From positions 3,348,001 to 3,412,000 of the forward strand of contig OX597831.1 of NCBI GenBank assembly GCA_951406725.2: a DNA stretch of 64,000 bases. Direction: 5' to 3'. Within the stretch, counting starts at the first letter, position 1; every line of letters begins with the position of its first letter. This stretch comes from Octopus vulgaris (taxonomy: Eukaryota). Positions 12,831-26,509 of the stretch are shown piece by piece. The notes under the pieces are model-generated. The model had not been told where the DNA came from. It made no database searches and worked only from the letters and a program-made list of their open reading frames with translations. A program made the position numbers and the translations under genes.

Positions 12831-14128
12831 TCATTAATTATATTTATTTTCCTTCTTTACATTAACAGTGCAATGTTCTCCATATTAAAGATTGAAACCT
12901 TATTTCTTCTTTGGACAAGAATGTTTGCCTAAAATGAATATTATTCTCCCCCCATCTCATCTCGTTAATTTATTATTACACACACTTTTGCATTGAGGAA
13001 TTTTATTTTTTTATTTAATTTTTTCCCCCCTTAATTTACCTCATATAGTAGAATGTATTTGGAAAGCAGGGTGGTGGGAACCAAAGCCATTGATTCATGC
13101 TACTTCACCTGCCTGGCTGTGAAATATTTGCTTTTATCTTTCCCCTATTTTATATTACCTGTATTTTTTTTTTTTAAATATTGTTTGAGATGAAAGAAAA
13201 AGAAACCTGTTGTGAGTCTGTGATTTATTTTTCTCTATAGTGGTAGTGTTAACCTACTCACCTTAACATTCTTTCTTATCGTCCAACTCTCATTTATAAG
13301 TCTACTTAATGTTTATTTTGAACTGTTTTAGATAAATATACTTAAAAGTATTTAGCATTATTCAAAGGAAGCTCTTCTCAAAATTGAGATTTAATATTTT
13401 CCCCTTTTTACTAAAATATCAACTTTATTAATACACATTAATTTTATAATTAATTAATTAATTCTTGCATATTTTAGTAGATTTTAAATTTTGTGTTTGC
13501 TAGATATTTCTGTGTGTATGTAAATTTGGTGATAGTATTACGAATTCTTTTTGTTTTACCTTATCTAAACACTAATTATTTGTATCAAGTAATGAACATT
13601 TTCTGGTTTATTTTGTTATTGTAAATATATTTTACTAAACAGCTTAAAATTGACTCTTCATAAAGTTATTTCATTGAGCATTTGAGGCTTTATTTGAAAC
13701 ATTTAAATTCTGTCACTAATGTATTTGTTATGGTGTCCGAAGAACTGTTGTAATGAACAGAGGATATGTAAGTCTCATCTCATCAACTTATTTGTTATTT
13801 AAAGATGTCCTCTGCACTTACAGCTGTCATATTTTTACCAAAAATCTTCACTTGTATTGAAAACTTCTCAATAACAGGGTTGTTACATCACAAAGTAAAA
13901 TCTAGGAATTCAATAATTTTGCACCTATTACCTGAGCAGTATGGCAGTATAAATTAATTGTGTTCTTGTTACTTTTACTATAATATTTTCTCTTTAAATT
14001 GGATATCTGGGTGGGTCACCACTTTATGGAAAGTGCTAACAATTAAATAATCTTAATTTATGTGATATTTTCTTAAAGCCTCATATCAGCTCCATTGAAA
14101 ATTTACTGTTTCTCCTTTTTGATTTCAG

Positions 14129-16302
14129 GTCAAACTGAACCCTGGAAACTTATGATGGCATTAAAGTCTGGCATGCTTGCAGAAAGTACTTGGGCTTTGG
14201 ATACGTTGTCTATTCTTTTATTTGATGATTCAACAGTGGCTTACTTCACTTTATCACACTTACCAGGGCTACTTGAAGTTTTACTGGAACACTTCCGGCG
14301 CTGTCTTATCGACATATTTGGCCTGTTTAATGAACTTGAAGTTGGTTACAATACTGCTATGTTAAAACATAAAGAAAAGAAAGGAGCAAAGTCTAAAGAA
14401 ACACATATGGATGTAGATGATTTCAAAAATTTGGAAAGTGATACTGTGTGGAAAGGTATGCGAACAGGAGAAAACTATACTTACATTACAAGGCAAGGGA
14501 AAATAGTGAAAATCAATGAGAATGATCGAGATACTGCTCTATTACATGGGAAACATTGGGATGTGTACACAAACTTCACGAGCAAAGCAGAACATTGGCA
14601 GCTAGGTGGTGGTGATATGACCAAACATGTTCAAACTCACTTTGAAAGTCTATCTAATCATAAAGTGTTAAAGAAATTCTTCCTTTACCGTGGCATGAAA
14701 AAAAATTGTGAAGAAGATAGCATCAACATTAGTTTGTCTGAATCAAATTGTATAATGCGAGAACCTGCTGAACATGCATCGGAAGAGGTGCGTCTATTAT
14801 TAAAATCAACCTGCCAGAACAACAAAACCGTCAATGGGGTGGTTGAGGACAATTTACCAAATTGCATCACAAAAGTCCACATTAAAAAAGAACCTGTTGA
14901 GGAGGCTGAGAAAAACAAAGCTGCTACGAAGCCAACTTGCACCCCAGCTGATACTGAGGTATCCACTGCTGCTGCTGCTGCTGCTGCATCTGATCGCGTC
15001 AAAGAAGAGCCTCGGTCTAATGAGGAGAATTGTAAAAATCTAGATTCTGAACAGAAACAGAGTGAATCCACAAAAAATGGCACTGAAAAAAATTGTGTAA
15101 ATAGTGAGAACCATTGTGAAAAGGATGGTGTTGTAAAAAAAGATTTAGAGTCTCAAAAAGTGGAAACAAAAGTGGATAAAGATAAATTAGTAAAATCTGA
15201 AGATAAGAAAACTAATTCGCTTAAAAATGAATCCATTTTGAGCCATATTGAAAATGGAATATCAATTGAATCCCTGTTAAGGAAAGCTGAGCTGTGTGAA
15301 GATCCTGAAGAAGAGGCCTTTGAGAGAGATAGCCCTGCAGTATGCCTTATGTCAGAAGCTCAAGATGAGATTGGGCGGCGGTGTGTATGCATTTCTAATA
15401 TATTTCGCAGTTTGTCGTGTATCCAGGGAAATGACTCTGAAATGTCCAGACATCCCGGTCTGATGTATATTCTAGGAAAATTATTATTACTCCATCATCA
15501 ACACCCCCCTCGGGTGAAGGTACGGAGAAAACTTGATAAAGAAGAAACAGAGTTTGAAGATGTTTCCATGTCTGAACACGAATGGTGGTGGGATCATTTG
15601 CATGCATTACGTGAGAACACATTGGTTATTTTTGCTAACATATGTGGGCAGCTTGATCTCTCAATATACCCTGAGGACATCTGTTTGCCTATATTGAATG
15701 GGCTGCTTCACTGGGCTGTTTGCCCCTCCTCCTGCGCCCAGGATCCCTTGCCAAGCATGTCACCATCCTCCGTCCTTTCGCCTCAGCGATTAGTACTTGA
15801 AGCATTATGTAAATTGTGCATACATGAAGCTAATGTGGACTTGTTGCTTGCAACACCACCCTTTAATCGGATAGTACAGCTTGTTAATAACTTGACTAAA
15901 ATGCTTGCTAATAAAAAGGAGCAAGTAACTCAGGAGTTTGCAGTTGTGTTACTATCAGAGCTTGTGCAGGGAGACAGCAGTGCTGCCCGTGCCATAGCTA
16001 TGCAGCATCCGAGTGTGTCGTTGCTGATAGACTTTTTAGAGACAGCCGAACACAATGCTGTGCAGGTAGTAAGCACTCATGGTATCAATGTGTTAAGGGA
16101 CAGTCCAGAAATGATGGGAACTAGTCTAGATATGTTACGACGGACTGCAAATATACTGGTACATTTAGCTCGGGTGCCAGAGAACAGACCATGTTTTGTA
16201 CACCAACAGAGCAGACTTTTGACTTTAGTTATGTCTCAAATACTTGACCAGCATGTGGCACAGACTCTAGCTGATGTACTTTACGAGTGTTCACACTCAT
16301 AG
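14129..16302 (+). CDS. ARID1: ARID1/osa terminal coding exon, C-terminal BAF250_C (armadillo-like) domain
   Basis: TTTCAG acceptor ending 14128, phase 1 (G|GT = Gly). Contains EPWKLMMALKSGMLAESTWALDTLSILLFDD, WWWDHLHALRENTLV, LPILNGLLHWAVCPS, SPQRLVLEALCKL, NVDLLLATPP and MMGTSLDMLRR, all typical of ARID1A/B and Osa. Ends TAG TAG. Confidence 0.97.
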
Positions 16303-18320
16303 TAGGGATTATGTCACTGACATTATTTTGATGAAGCCATTACTTTCATTTCCATCGTATCTGTACATTTTGTCATATCAACTTCATGGAATCAAGCTGT
16401 GAAGAGAAAAGTCTTCCTCTGTTTTATGGAGGAAAATAAAAAACACTGGCTAGAAGTAATTAAAACAGAAAGTGGAAGGAAAGGAAGACGAAAATTGTTT
16501 TAATAATGGGAGGATGTAGTTACAACTCATCTTTCTCTCTCATCATCATCATTTCATCAAAGGTGTAGTCATGTATAGCTTTTTATGTGGAGAAAAAAAT
16601 ACTTTCCCTCTCTCTCTCTCTCTCTATCTCCTCTGTTTCTTTTACTCTCTCTCTCTCTCTCTCTATCTCTCTTCCCCTCTCTCTTTCTCTCACTTCTCTC
16701 CTCTCTAAATCTATCTCATCAGTTAAAAAGAAATTGAAAAAGAAAACTAACAAACAAAAGCATGATACAGGTTGCCGCAGCCTTGTGCTCCATTGGAAGG
16801 GGAATATGGGAATATGTCAAATTAGGTGATTTTTATTTTTGTACATCTTCAGGTGTGCAACTTTCTTTGTTGTGGAGGGCTTTACAAATGAATTGCATTA
16901 AAAGAAGATTTTAAAAAAAAACACAGAAACAGGTTATAAATCATTTGGCTTTACCTACAGTTCAGGTAGGTTGAACTTAATTACAGGTGCTCCTGCCAAA
17001 AGCATAAACAGAAAGGTTCTGGTCAGTTACCTTTTTCAATTTATCAAAAATTTACATTTGGGAAAAAGCAAAGCCAGCAAGAAATCAATAACTAGTGCAG
17101 TGTTTTGCCAAGAACACTGATCACTAGAGATGTGATTCCGTTTCACCTCCTGATGTCCAGTGAAAAGCACAGTATTTATATGTAACAAGTTAAAAAAGGA
17201 AAAGGTTATCAAAGGTTGGAACGTGTGTAGTTTCCTTTTTGTAGTAATTCTCATGAGTCAACTTTGATATTCCCATTGTGCAAAGGCTTTATACTCGTAT
17301 GTCACAAGAAATAAATGTACAGAAAAGGAAATTTCTAGAGTCCATCTCAGTTTTGCTGTTACTTTTTCTTAATGTTATTCAACATTATTTAAAATCTTTG
17401 ACAGAAGTCTAGAAATATACGGGTTTAAAAGTCGCTACATATTCACTATTTTATTAAAAAAAAAAAAGTCCTTTATACTGAATTTTCTCCTTATTTCTCT
17501 CTCCTCCTCCTGCTCCTCCTTCCTCTCCCCCTCCCATTACAACATCTCAGCATGACCAGTGCTGTGACAGCTGATGAAGGATCATTTGGAATTTTGTAAT
17601 GTTCGGTAGTAAAAGGCTGAACCGTTTTTACTTAAAAATCTTACCAACCATTGCCAGCAACTTAGTTTACGATGAATATGTTCTCCTCGGTGTAACCTGA
17701 TAAGTCTTACATATTGATTTTTTTTTTTTTTTCTCTCCCCTCTTCAACTTGGGACCCGGGGAAGATGGAGAAAGATCTGATGGCATTCAAAGAAATATTG
17801 GCTCATTAGGTATATATATATGTCTCTAAAAATAAAGTTCTGACTGCTAAGTTGACCAAGAACTATTAGAATTTATCACGTATGTCTGACAAATATTTCC
17901 ATTTTATGTGATGTGTGAGTATTTATTTTTTTAATTTCTCGTCTTTTCTTCCACATTTTTTCCTTTACCTTGCCGCTCTTCATTCCGTTGTATATAATTT
18001 ATCATCACCTTGCTGTTTGGATTCCATTTGTCTGAAGATCACTAAAGGGCTAAAGAAGTGTGGCTCTGACACCAGCAGTAATAAATAGTGAGCTGTGTTA
18101 TCCATTGTCGTAAACTTCGTCTGTGACGCTCGAATGATCTCCTCTGACGTTTTAGGCACAAAAAACAGAAGAAAAACAACCTGAAACAACATCTGAGAAT
18201 TATGTGATATTGAATTTTTAGTAATCAGACATAATGAATACAAGTTGTCAGTTGTATACTACCTTCTAGAAATTATCTTTTCAAACTCTCCAAAACTGTT
18301 TCTTGCACTACATCACATAC

Positions 18321-18352
<32 letters not shown>

Positions 18353-19000
18353 TACATACACACTTACATTGAATGCAGAAAGCTGACTGTTGATACAATG
18401 TTAACAGGCAAAAATCCATTTTCCTCAATAAACAGTTCGTTATGAAGAAAAGAAAAGAAAACTATCATCCAAATCTTAGTTGATTTTGTTTTTTATTTTT
18501 TGTTTTTTGTTTTTGTTGGAAACCTTTTAGTTGATGTTCCCTCCTCGCTCATTAGCCATTTAACAGTTCAGTTGCAATTGGTTTGGTTTTTTTTTTTTTT
18601 TTTCCTGGGTTTTTTTTTTTTTCCATCATCCTTAAATTTCTATGCTGTCTAACGGGTTCATTGCACAGAAGATCTCTGAAACTTTCTGAAAAATGGTCTT
18701 CATATCGTGTATATTTAATATCAGTACAACACCAGACATCTGCTCGGCTCGTCCAGCCCAACAGATAAAAAGTTGCTGCCGTATTTTCTTGTACTACACT
18801 TATTTTTCTTTCCAGTGCTTTTGTTTTCCTACAACTGAAACCAGGGACAAAGCTATATAGTTGGTCTTGTTGGTGTAAACTGTACTAAGAAACAACTGTC
18901 TGACTGTAGGCAGCAGTCACTATCGCCTTGTTATATAATAATAATAAACCAATCTAGGTACACCTGACTTTCTGGCCTTTGTCCTTTTCTTTCCTTCTCA
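16303..19000 (+). other. Putative long 3' UTR of ARID1/osa
   Basis: Follows the stop codon and lacks SINE/MITE copies until ~20330. AATAAA at 16435, 17310, 17831, 18080, 18427 and 18943. True end not determinable. Confidence 0.55.
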
Positions 19001-20906
19001 TTCCACTTTCCGTGTTCATTAAAAAAGAAAAGAGAGAAAAGAAAACAAAGAAAAAACAAAACGACAAACACTACATTTGATTATCCTATTTGGTACCTGA
19101 TTTATGTTTAGCATCAATATATCATTTATTTTTTAAATTACTCAGTTTTTTTCTAATGCGTTTGTGATTGGGTGAACCCTAATATCTCCAGGAGTGTCCT
19201 CCAGCCTAATCTTTCCTTTTTAATATTCGAGCTAACCACTACAGAGTTAATGAAGTATTTCTAAATAATTTATAGTGTGCATGGTTTGTTATGCATTTAC
19301 AGTTAGGTGGACTAGGCCAGCTTGTGTTGCATTGGTGTAGCAGCACATTGCTAGTAATGAAATGCATGTTTGGTTTGGTGGATTCATATTTGTGCTGTAT
19401 GACTGCTCTTGTTCTCTCCTGCCAGTGTTAGTTTTGTTGACCGTTCCAGTTACGTTGGTTCTTGGTCAACTTCAGCACCTCCTTCCTGTGTCTTTGTATA
19501 ATGCTGTTATCATATGTGTGTGTGTTGTTCCAGGATTTTTAGCATGAGACAACAATGATATTTTAAAAATTGAGACATCTTGAAGGAAGAGACCAATATA
19601 AGTATTAGATGATAGTTAGTCCTCTTCTGGGCAATGGTTAGCCAGGCTATTCAAACTATTTCCAACTTCGAATAAGGTTGTTTGGCTGAGAAGCTAAAAG
19701 TTATGTTTTTGTGTTTTCTACTTATTTCTTTCTAGCATTGTTCTCGGTACATGTTGTTGTTGGTGGTGGTGGTGGTGGTGTGGTGATGTGTGTGTGTGTG
19801 ATTCAGTTATTTATATCATCAACTATGTCTTTGTTAATCAATTTAAAATGGACCAAAACAGAAATCAATTCCCAGACATAACTCTTTCTCAGCATATTTT
19901 TAGTAATCTTGCAGATGTGTTGTCATCAGTGTTGTCTGTTTATCAGCAAAAATGCCAGCTGACATCTCTGTTCTTGACAAATTCTGATACTTGCAGGAAA
20001 AAACTAAAGAGAAAAAGAGTTGATTGTTTCCATTCTTAGAACTCTTTTTTTTCTCCTTCCCTTCCTCCACAGCCTCTTCATCAATTGTCTTTGTCACTGT
20101 ACCCTATCTCAAACAGGAGTGGAAATCAAAATATTAGTGATTTTATTTCTTTTTTTTGTTGTTTTTTTTTTTCCTCTTTTTCATGTGCTGAATCCAACAA
20201 CTGTTTGGGTTTGGCATTTAGTATATAGTGCCCTGTCTCACAAAGAACATACCACTCAACCATAATCTGGCGAGCAAAATTTAAAACTGTGACAATCAGT
20301 CTCTCTAATGTTCTTTGATTATATCATCATTTCATCATTTTAACAACCACTGACAGATTTCTGCGGCTGGATGCTCTTCCTGTTGCTAAGGTTCAGTTTC
20401 CTTAAGAGGTGACATTTCTCCATGAGCAGACATAAATGTTTTTTTTTTAGAAAATTGGAAACAAAAGATGCCACTTGCATGACAGTGGATACTCACAAAT
20501 GTGATATCAAGGCAGGGAGACAATAACACATGCATGCACATATATAATAGGCTTCTTTCAGTTTCCATCTGCCAGATCCACTCTCAAGTCTTTGGCTGGC
20601 TCGGGGCTATAAAAGAAGACATTTGCCAAGGTGTCATGAAGTGGGAACTGAACCAGAACCCATGTGGTTGGTAAGCAAAATTCCACCACACCTGTGCCTA
20701 TACAGCTTTAAGAAATGTCCATTAATGCCAGTAATTCAATAACAAACACATCCACCCTCCTTCAGTTGGTAAGTTTAGGTATTGCTTCCCCCCTTTTTTT
20801 TTGTTTTTGTTTTTTACTGGCAGTCACAATGGTAATGATTTTCTCTGAGAATCCAAACCACCATTTACACTCAACGACCGTTGATATAATAATGTTGGTG
20901 TATAAT

Positions 20907-21360
20907 TTAACCCTTTTGCATTTAAACTGGCCATGTCTGTCCTAAATATTCTACTTGTTTTCTGGTAAAACCAGCTGGATGTGGCCCCTTGCACCTAACC
21001 TACAATGTCGTTCTAAAGACATAATCACATAATCATAACCTTGAAGCAATAAGATAATATACATGATTAAATTAAGACAAAGTTAATCATTAAGCATTAC
21101 ATTTGACGAAGTAATCTGAATGCTAAAAGGTTTAACCCTTTTAGTGTTTAAACTGGCCATATTTGGTCGAAGTTTTCTACCTATTTTAAGTTTAAACTGA
21201 CCAGATCAGGGCTCTCACACCTAACCTACATTGACATTCTAAAAATGAACAATCACGTCATTGAAAGCTCAAAGATATAAGATAATGCATGATTAATTAA
21301 AAGCAATTTGAGTAAAAAAATATTACATTTAACAGAGTAATCTGAACACTAAAAGGTTAA
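20907..21360. mobile_element. Two tandem family D MITEs abutting at a TTAA
   Basis: TTAACCCTTT at ~20907 and ~21132; ends AAAAGGTTAA at 21360. Confidence 0.75.
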
Positions 21361-23104
21361 TAACTGGATTGTGTATTGAATTCTACAATATCTGATAGGG
21401 AGGGGGTTTGTAATCATTCAATGCATGCCCTACAGAATTGGTATCCATTAAGTGAACCCTACACTAAGTCCCTGATTGTAAAGATTATCTGCAATGACTA
21501 TTACCAGTCGGTGCTTCTTTATAGCCAAAATGTCAACAGTTAAATGATACATCAGTTTAATATTTTATGTGCCATAGCTTCATATATATTTAATGTTACC
21601 AAATGAAAGAGAGAGGAGATAGTATGTAAACACTTTTTCTTTCCTTAGAGGAGGAAGGGGCAGTACCAGTGACCTTTTTGAACGGTCTCTGTAACTTGTG
21701 AGAGAAGAGAGAGAGAGATAGCGAGAGGGAGAAAAATCTTTATAGTCTCAGACTACTGGTTCTGGTTCAAATTCTTGTGCCAGAATAGACTCTATTAAAA
21801 GTAGTCAAGGATCAGGTAGGTGACGGTGTTTAACCAGGTAATTCATGATTGGGTACTGCATTATTACATTAAATGCAAATGTACCAACAGCTTAACTTTA
21901 TATAGTGTATCCAAAAGGCAAACAAATACTTTTGGTGCTAGATATTCATTGTGCAATTCAGATATTTTGCTTCTTCACTCTTCTCATTTTTCCTTATTGT
22001 CATCATCAAAATCTCCTTTTTAATGTTTGTTTTACCATGATGGCAGGGATGAATTTGGTTTGTAATGCATCATTTTCCCAGTGTATTCTATTTGTATTGT
22101 TTAGTACTCAGTTGTCTCCAAAATTTTCCGTGGCACCTTTTGTATCATCTAAGCTTCATCACTCTTCCCATCCAGCATATCAGCAAATTACACACATGTG
22201 TGTGTTACATACCCATTCCTTTTCCTCTATCTTTCCTTTCATTTGACTGCATTTTTAATTCTCACTGTCTGATTCTGTTCTCTCTACATGCACTGTGATT
22301 TAAAACATTTTCTGAAGACTCAACTACCATATTGTATCCCAAGATGAACCAACAAGTTATACTTTGGTCAGTTTTGGCTCCATTGACTGAGTATATATAT
22401 TCTCTTACAAATCATTATTTAAAAAAAGGAGGTGAGTGGGGGCAATATACCAACTCTCCTTCACTTTTTGATGTAGCCTTACATCTCGGAGTTTGTCATC
22501 ATCATCATTTAACATCCTTTTTTCCATCCTGGCATGGGTTGGATGATTTGAGAGACAGACAAGCTGGGAGGGGAGTGGAAGATAGGGCTCCACTATTCCA
22601 TCTCTTTGACATGATTTCTACAGGTGGATGCACTTCCTAATGCCAACCACTTCACACTGTACTTACTAGGTGCTTTTTACATGACATCACCACCAGTGAC
22701 ATTGCCAAGTATCCGCAAGATAAGACTCCTCAACTGTGCAGGGTATAGACCAGAGGAATAGGAAACTATGATAGAGGGCAGAGAGCATGTTTCGTGCTGA
22801 AGAAGTGAATACATGGCTTCCCCACATAGAGACTGAAAAAGAGATGTGAGTTGATTTTGCTAAATGTGAAAGACAGACAGTTGCTTCTAATAAAGCTGTT
22901 AATGTTGATTTCTGAATATTGAGGAAGAGTATAGTTAATTATGACAACCCTTGTATTTTATTGGTGCTTTATTGGAAGAAATAAAGGCCAATTTGTGACC
23001 CAAGAAGTATTTGAACTCCAATTGTAAATAAATACTGGGAAGTATTTTGTCTGATGTTTTAATGCTTTTTATTATTTTTTTTGATTGCAAGCCATGTAAT
23101 TGCG

Positions 23105-23352
23105 TTAACTAAAATATCAATTGTTTAACATTAGGTTAATGAATAATTTAATATTAACTAAAATATTGATTGCTTAACACTTGATAAATAATCACAATTT
23201 GATATTAACTACAATATTGATTGTTAAACATTAGATGCATAAATCAACATTTAATGATATTAACTAAAATATTGATTGTTTATCACCAGATGAATAAGTC
23301 ACAATTTGGTGTTAACTAAAATATTGATTGTTTAGCGTTAGATTAATAAGTC
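23105..23352. repeat. AT-rich minisatellite, 5 units of ~49-55 bp
   Basis: Core TTAACTAAAATATTGATTG (or close variant) starts at 23105, 23154, 23205, 23260 and 23312. Confidence 0.9.
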
Positions 23353-24054
23353 CCCTTGTGGTTGTTTGTTCTATCTCAGAATGACATCTAAACCATCAGG
23401 GGTCTATCCATAATTAGGACAACCATGTTAACTATGGTTGCTATTGACCTGCTGTGAGGGTATTTCCAGACTGGGCTGTGTGTTGTGTTCTTGAGCAAGA
23501 CATTTTACTTCACGTTGCTCCAGTTCACTCAGCTGTAGAAATGAGTTGCAACATGACTGGTGCCAAACTGTACAGCTCTTTGCCTTTCTCTTGGACAACA
23601 TCAGCGGCATGGAAAGGGGAGGCTGGTATGCATGGTCGACTGCTGGTCTTCCATAAACAACATTTCCTGGACTTGTGCCTGGGAGGGGAACTTTCTAGGT
23701 ACAATCCCATGGTCATTCATGACCAAAAGGGATCTTTACATCTTACTCTATAGTGTCCTACTGATTGCTCAAATCAAGGCCCTCGACACTACATTGTGCC
23801 TTAACTACCACTGGCACATTGCACCTCACTAGAAATGTATATCATAGGACATACAGCTTTAAAGATTAGATGGGGATTTCTCTTATCTTGCTTCCAATGT
23901 TCAGCATAAATCTTCTTGTAGGCTCAGAGAAGATTGTAGAGGGAACTTCTGATCACGGGAATTGGCTATGGGTCACCATTTGTAATACTTGAACTTTTCT
24001 TATTGGGGAGTTTATACTGAACCTTTAGCAGTTGTAGACATGTTTTAGTTTATC

Positions 24055-24380
24055 GGCATGGCTGTGTGGTGAAGTGACTCACTTGGCAATCACATGGTTC
24101 TTGGTTCAGTCCCCAGTGTGTGGCACTTTGGGCGGGTGTCTTCTACTTTGACCCCAGGTTGTCTAATTCTTTGAGTGAATTTAATTTTATATATCTATAT
24201 ATGTGTGTATATACATACACACATGTATACTTGTATTTGTCTCGCCACCACTTTATAATTACCCTTGGTTTATTTATGTCCCTGTAACTTAACACTTCAA
24301 CAAAGAGACTGATAAAATAAGTACTGGGTTCATATATTTGACTATGCCTTTCAAGGCAATGCCCCAGCATGACCAGATAT
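24055..24380 (+). mobile_element. SINE family B (diverged)
   Basis: GGCATGGCTGTGTGGT head, GGTTCAGTCCC B-box-like motif, GATAAAATAAGTACT core. Confidence 0.75.
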
Positions 24381-25938
24381 AATTTGCCAGGATTTGATTG
24401 CAATCCATGTGTTATTTCCTGTCCTCTAAAATCAGTGAGATTAGGGTTCACAATTTAAATTGATGCAGGATAGTTGGTGTTGGCTGTTTTGTGTGTGGTT
24501 ATATTTGATAGGGGATGTAGTTTGCTTGGCAGAAAGTATTGGACAAAGTCTAGAATGAGTGACTTGAAGAATAGAAATGGAGAATGAATTTAGCTGTGTA
24601 TGTGTGGTGGTGTTCACTTAATTAAAACCTGAATTACAATAGGAAATATTTTAACTGACTTTGTCCTAAAGCTGTTGCAGTTCCATTTTCTCTCACTTTG
24701 TATCTCGTATTGATTTCAAATTTTAGCACAAGACTAGCTGTTTTGGGGACAGAGGTTAGTCGATTATATAGACTCCAGTGCTCAGCTGGTACTTATTTCA
24801 TCAACACTGAAAGGATGAAAGGCAAAGTAGATTTCAGCGGTATTTGAACTCAAGAACCTATAGATGGATGAAATACTGCTAAGCATTTTTCCTGGTATGC
24901 TAACGATTCTGCTGCTTCAAATACGCATCTCAAATATTGATGCCAAAATAATGACCAAATTATCTTGAAGATTTAGTTAAATAAGTCGGTGTACAGCAGC
25001 GATTTCATTTATGTGTCAGGTTTTCTTTTATGCTCTTCAAATCATTGGAATTCATCATGAAATGCTTCTGTTGTTTCAACTCTGAAACAAGGCTCCAAGA
25101 GTGAGCATGAGCTCAGTATATTTTGTAGTACTTTTTAGTGAGCCTCAGGCATAAATATCTAATTCTGACAGTTGAAATTCAACTCTGCTTACCATGAACC
25201 ATTTATGCCATCTAATTCTGTTGTCTGCAGCATTAATACTATGCAAATAATTGTTGGCGATCTGTCACATTGGTTAGTACAAAGCCTGAAAGTTTTGCGG
25301 GAGTATAAAGTCAATTAAGTTGACCCCTATTCTGGATTGGTACTTGTTTTATTGATCTCAAAACAATGAAATTCTCGTTCATCCCTGGAACAATTTGAAT
25401 GACATTTAACCCTTTAGCATTGAAACAGGCCCTATCCAGCCCAAGTATTCAACCTGTTTTATATTCCTACTTGTCACATCTGACCTTTTACACCTTCCCT
25501 ACAATGTCGTTCTATGAAAATAAACTACCATATCATCGAGATCTTGAAGCTTTGATATAATGCATGTTTAATTAAAAACAATGTGAATAAATGAATATTA
25601 CAGTTGACTGATTAATCTGAATGCCAAAGAATTAAAGAATGTAACTGATTGCAATAGCATTGTCTGATTTTCGTCATGCATCACTTTCTGTTATAACGAT
25701 TATATCTAAATGTAATTGCTCAGCTTTCGACCATTTGCAGCATAGAACGAAGACATCAATGCCCCAATTAACAAATCATATTCATTCAGTTGGTCTTAGG
25801 TTCATGTATTTGTAAACCACAAACCAGTTGGTTATTCTTCAGATCCTGATAATGATGTTTGTGTGTGTGTGTATGTGGTTTCATTCAAATTGTTTCTAAC
25901 AACACAAATATAATGTCAGTAACTATAATTATGAAGAG

Positions 25939-26190
25939 TGGAGGTGCGTGGCTTAGTGGTTAGGGTGTTGAACACATGATCGATCGTAAGGTTGTGGTTT
26001 CGATTCCTGGACTGGGCAATGCATTGTGTTCTTGAGCAAAACACTTCATTTTCACATTGCTCCACTTCACTCAGCTGGCAAAAATGAGTAATCCTGTGAC
26101 TGACCAGCGTACAGTCCAGGTGGGGAATTTCTATGCCACTGAAACCGGGAAACCGGCCCTTATGAGCCTGGCACGGCTCAAGAAGGAACA
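25939..26190 (+). mobile_element. tRNA-derived SINE, family G
   Basis: A-box-like TGGCTTAGTGG, B-box-like GTTTCGATTCC, then GTGTTCTTGAGCAAAACAC..CACTCAGCTG. Related diverged copy at ~23430-23735. Confidence 0.7.
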
Positions 26191-26509
26191 TAATTATGAA
26201 GTCTGCGCTCTATACAATCATTAGTTTTTGTATTGTGTGTGGCCTTTTGTATTGCAGGGGTTATCAGGTATGTTGCTTATACCCTTTCATTGCAATGTTA
26301 GCCATATATGACATTAGTACATATATTTATCTACAATATACATGTGGTTGTGTACGTGTATGTATATATATATATATATAATTCATTTTCTCTGTATATA
26401 GGACACATCGAATTGCTCAGTATATTTGAGCCATAAGAAAATAGGAAAAATAATGACGCGAGACAAAAGAGAGGTCTCTTAAATATATTGTCGTAAAATT
26501 ACTATGTGT

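Noticed and set aside
14095-14128. TTG start and MKIYCFSFLIS N-terminus of the 735-aa ORF
   Set aside because: This is intronic pyrimidine tract; the exon starts at 14129 after TTTCAG.
17571-17605. CTGATGAAGG in the 3' UTR as a hammerhead core
   Set aside because: No paired stem II, GAAA or stem I follows.
23105-23352. CRISPR-like repeat/spacer appearance
   Set aside because: The intervening segments are related to one another, there are no cas genes and the context is eukaryotic. It is a minisatellite.
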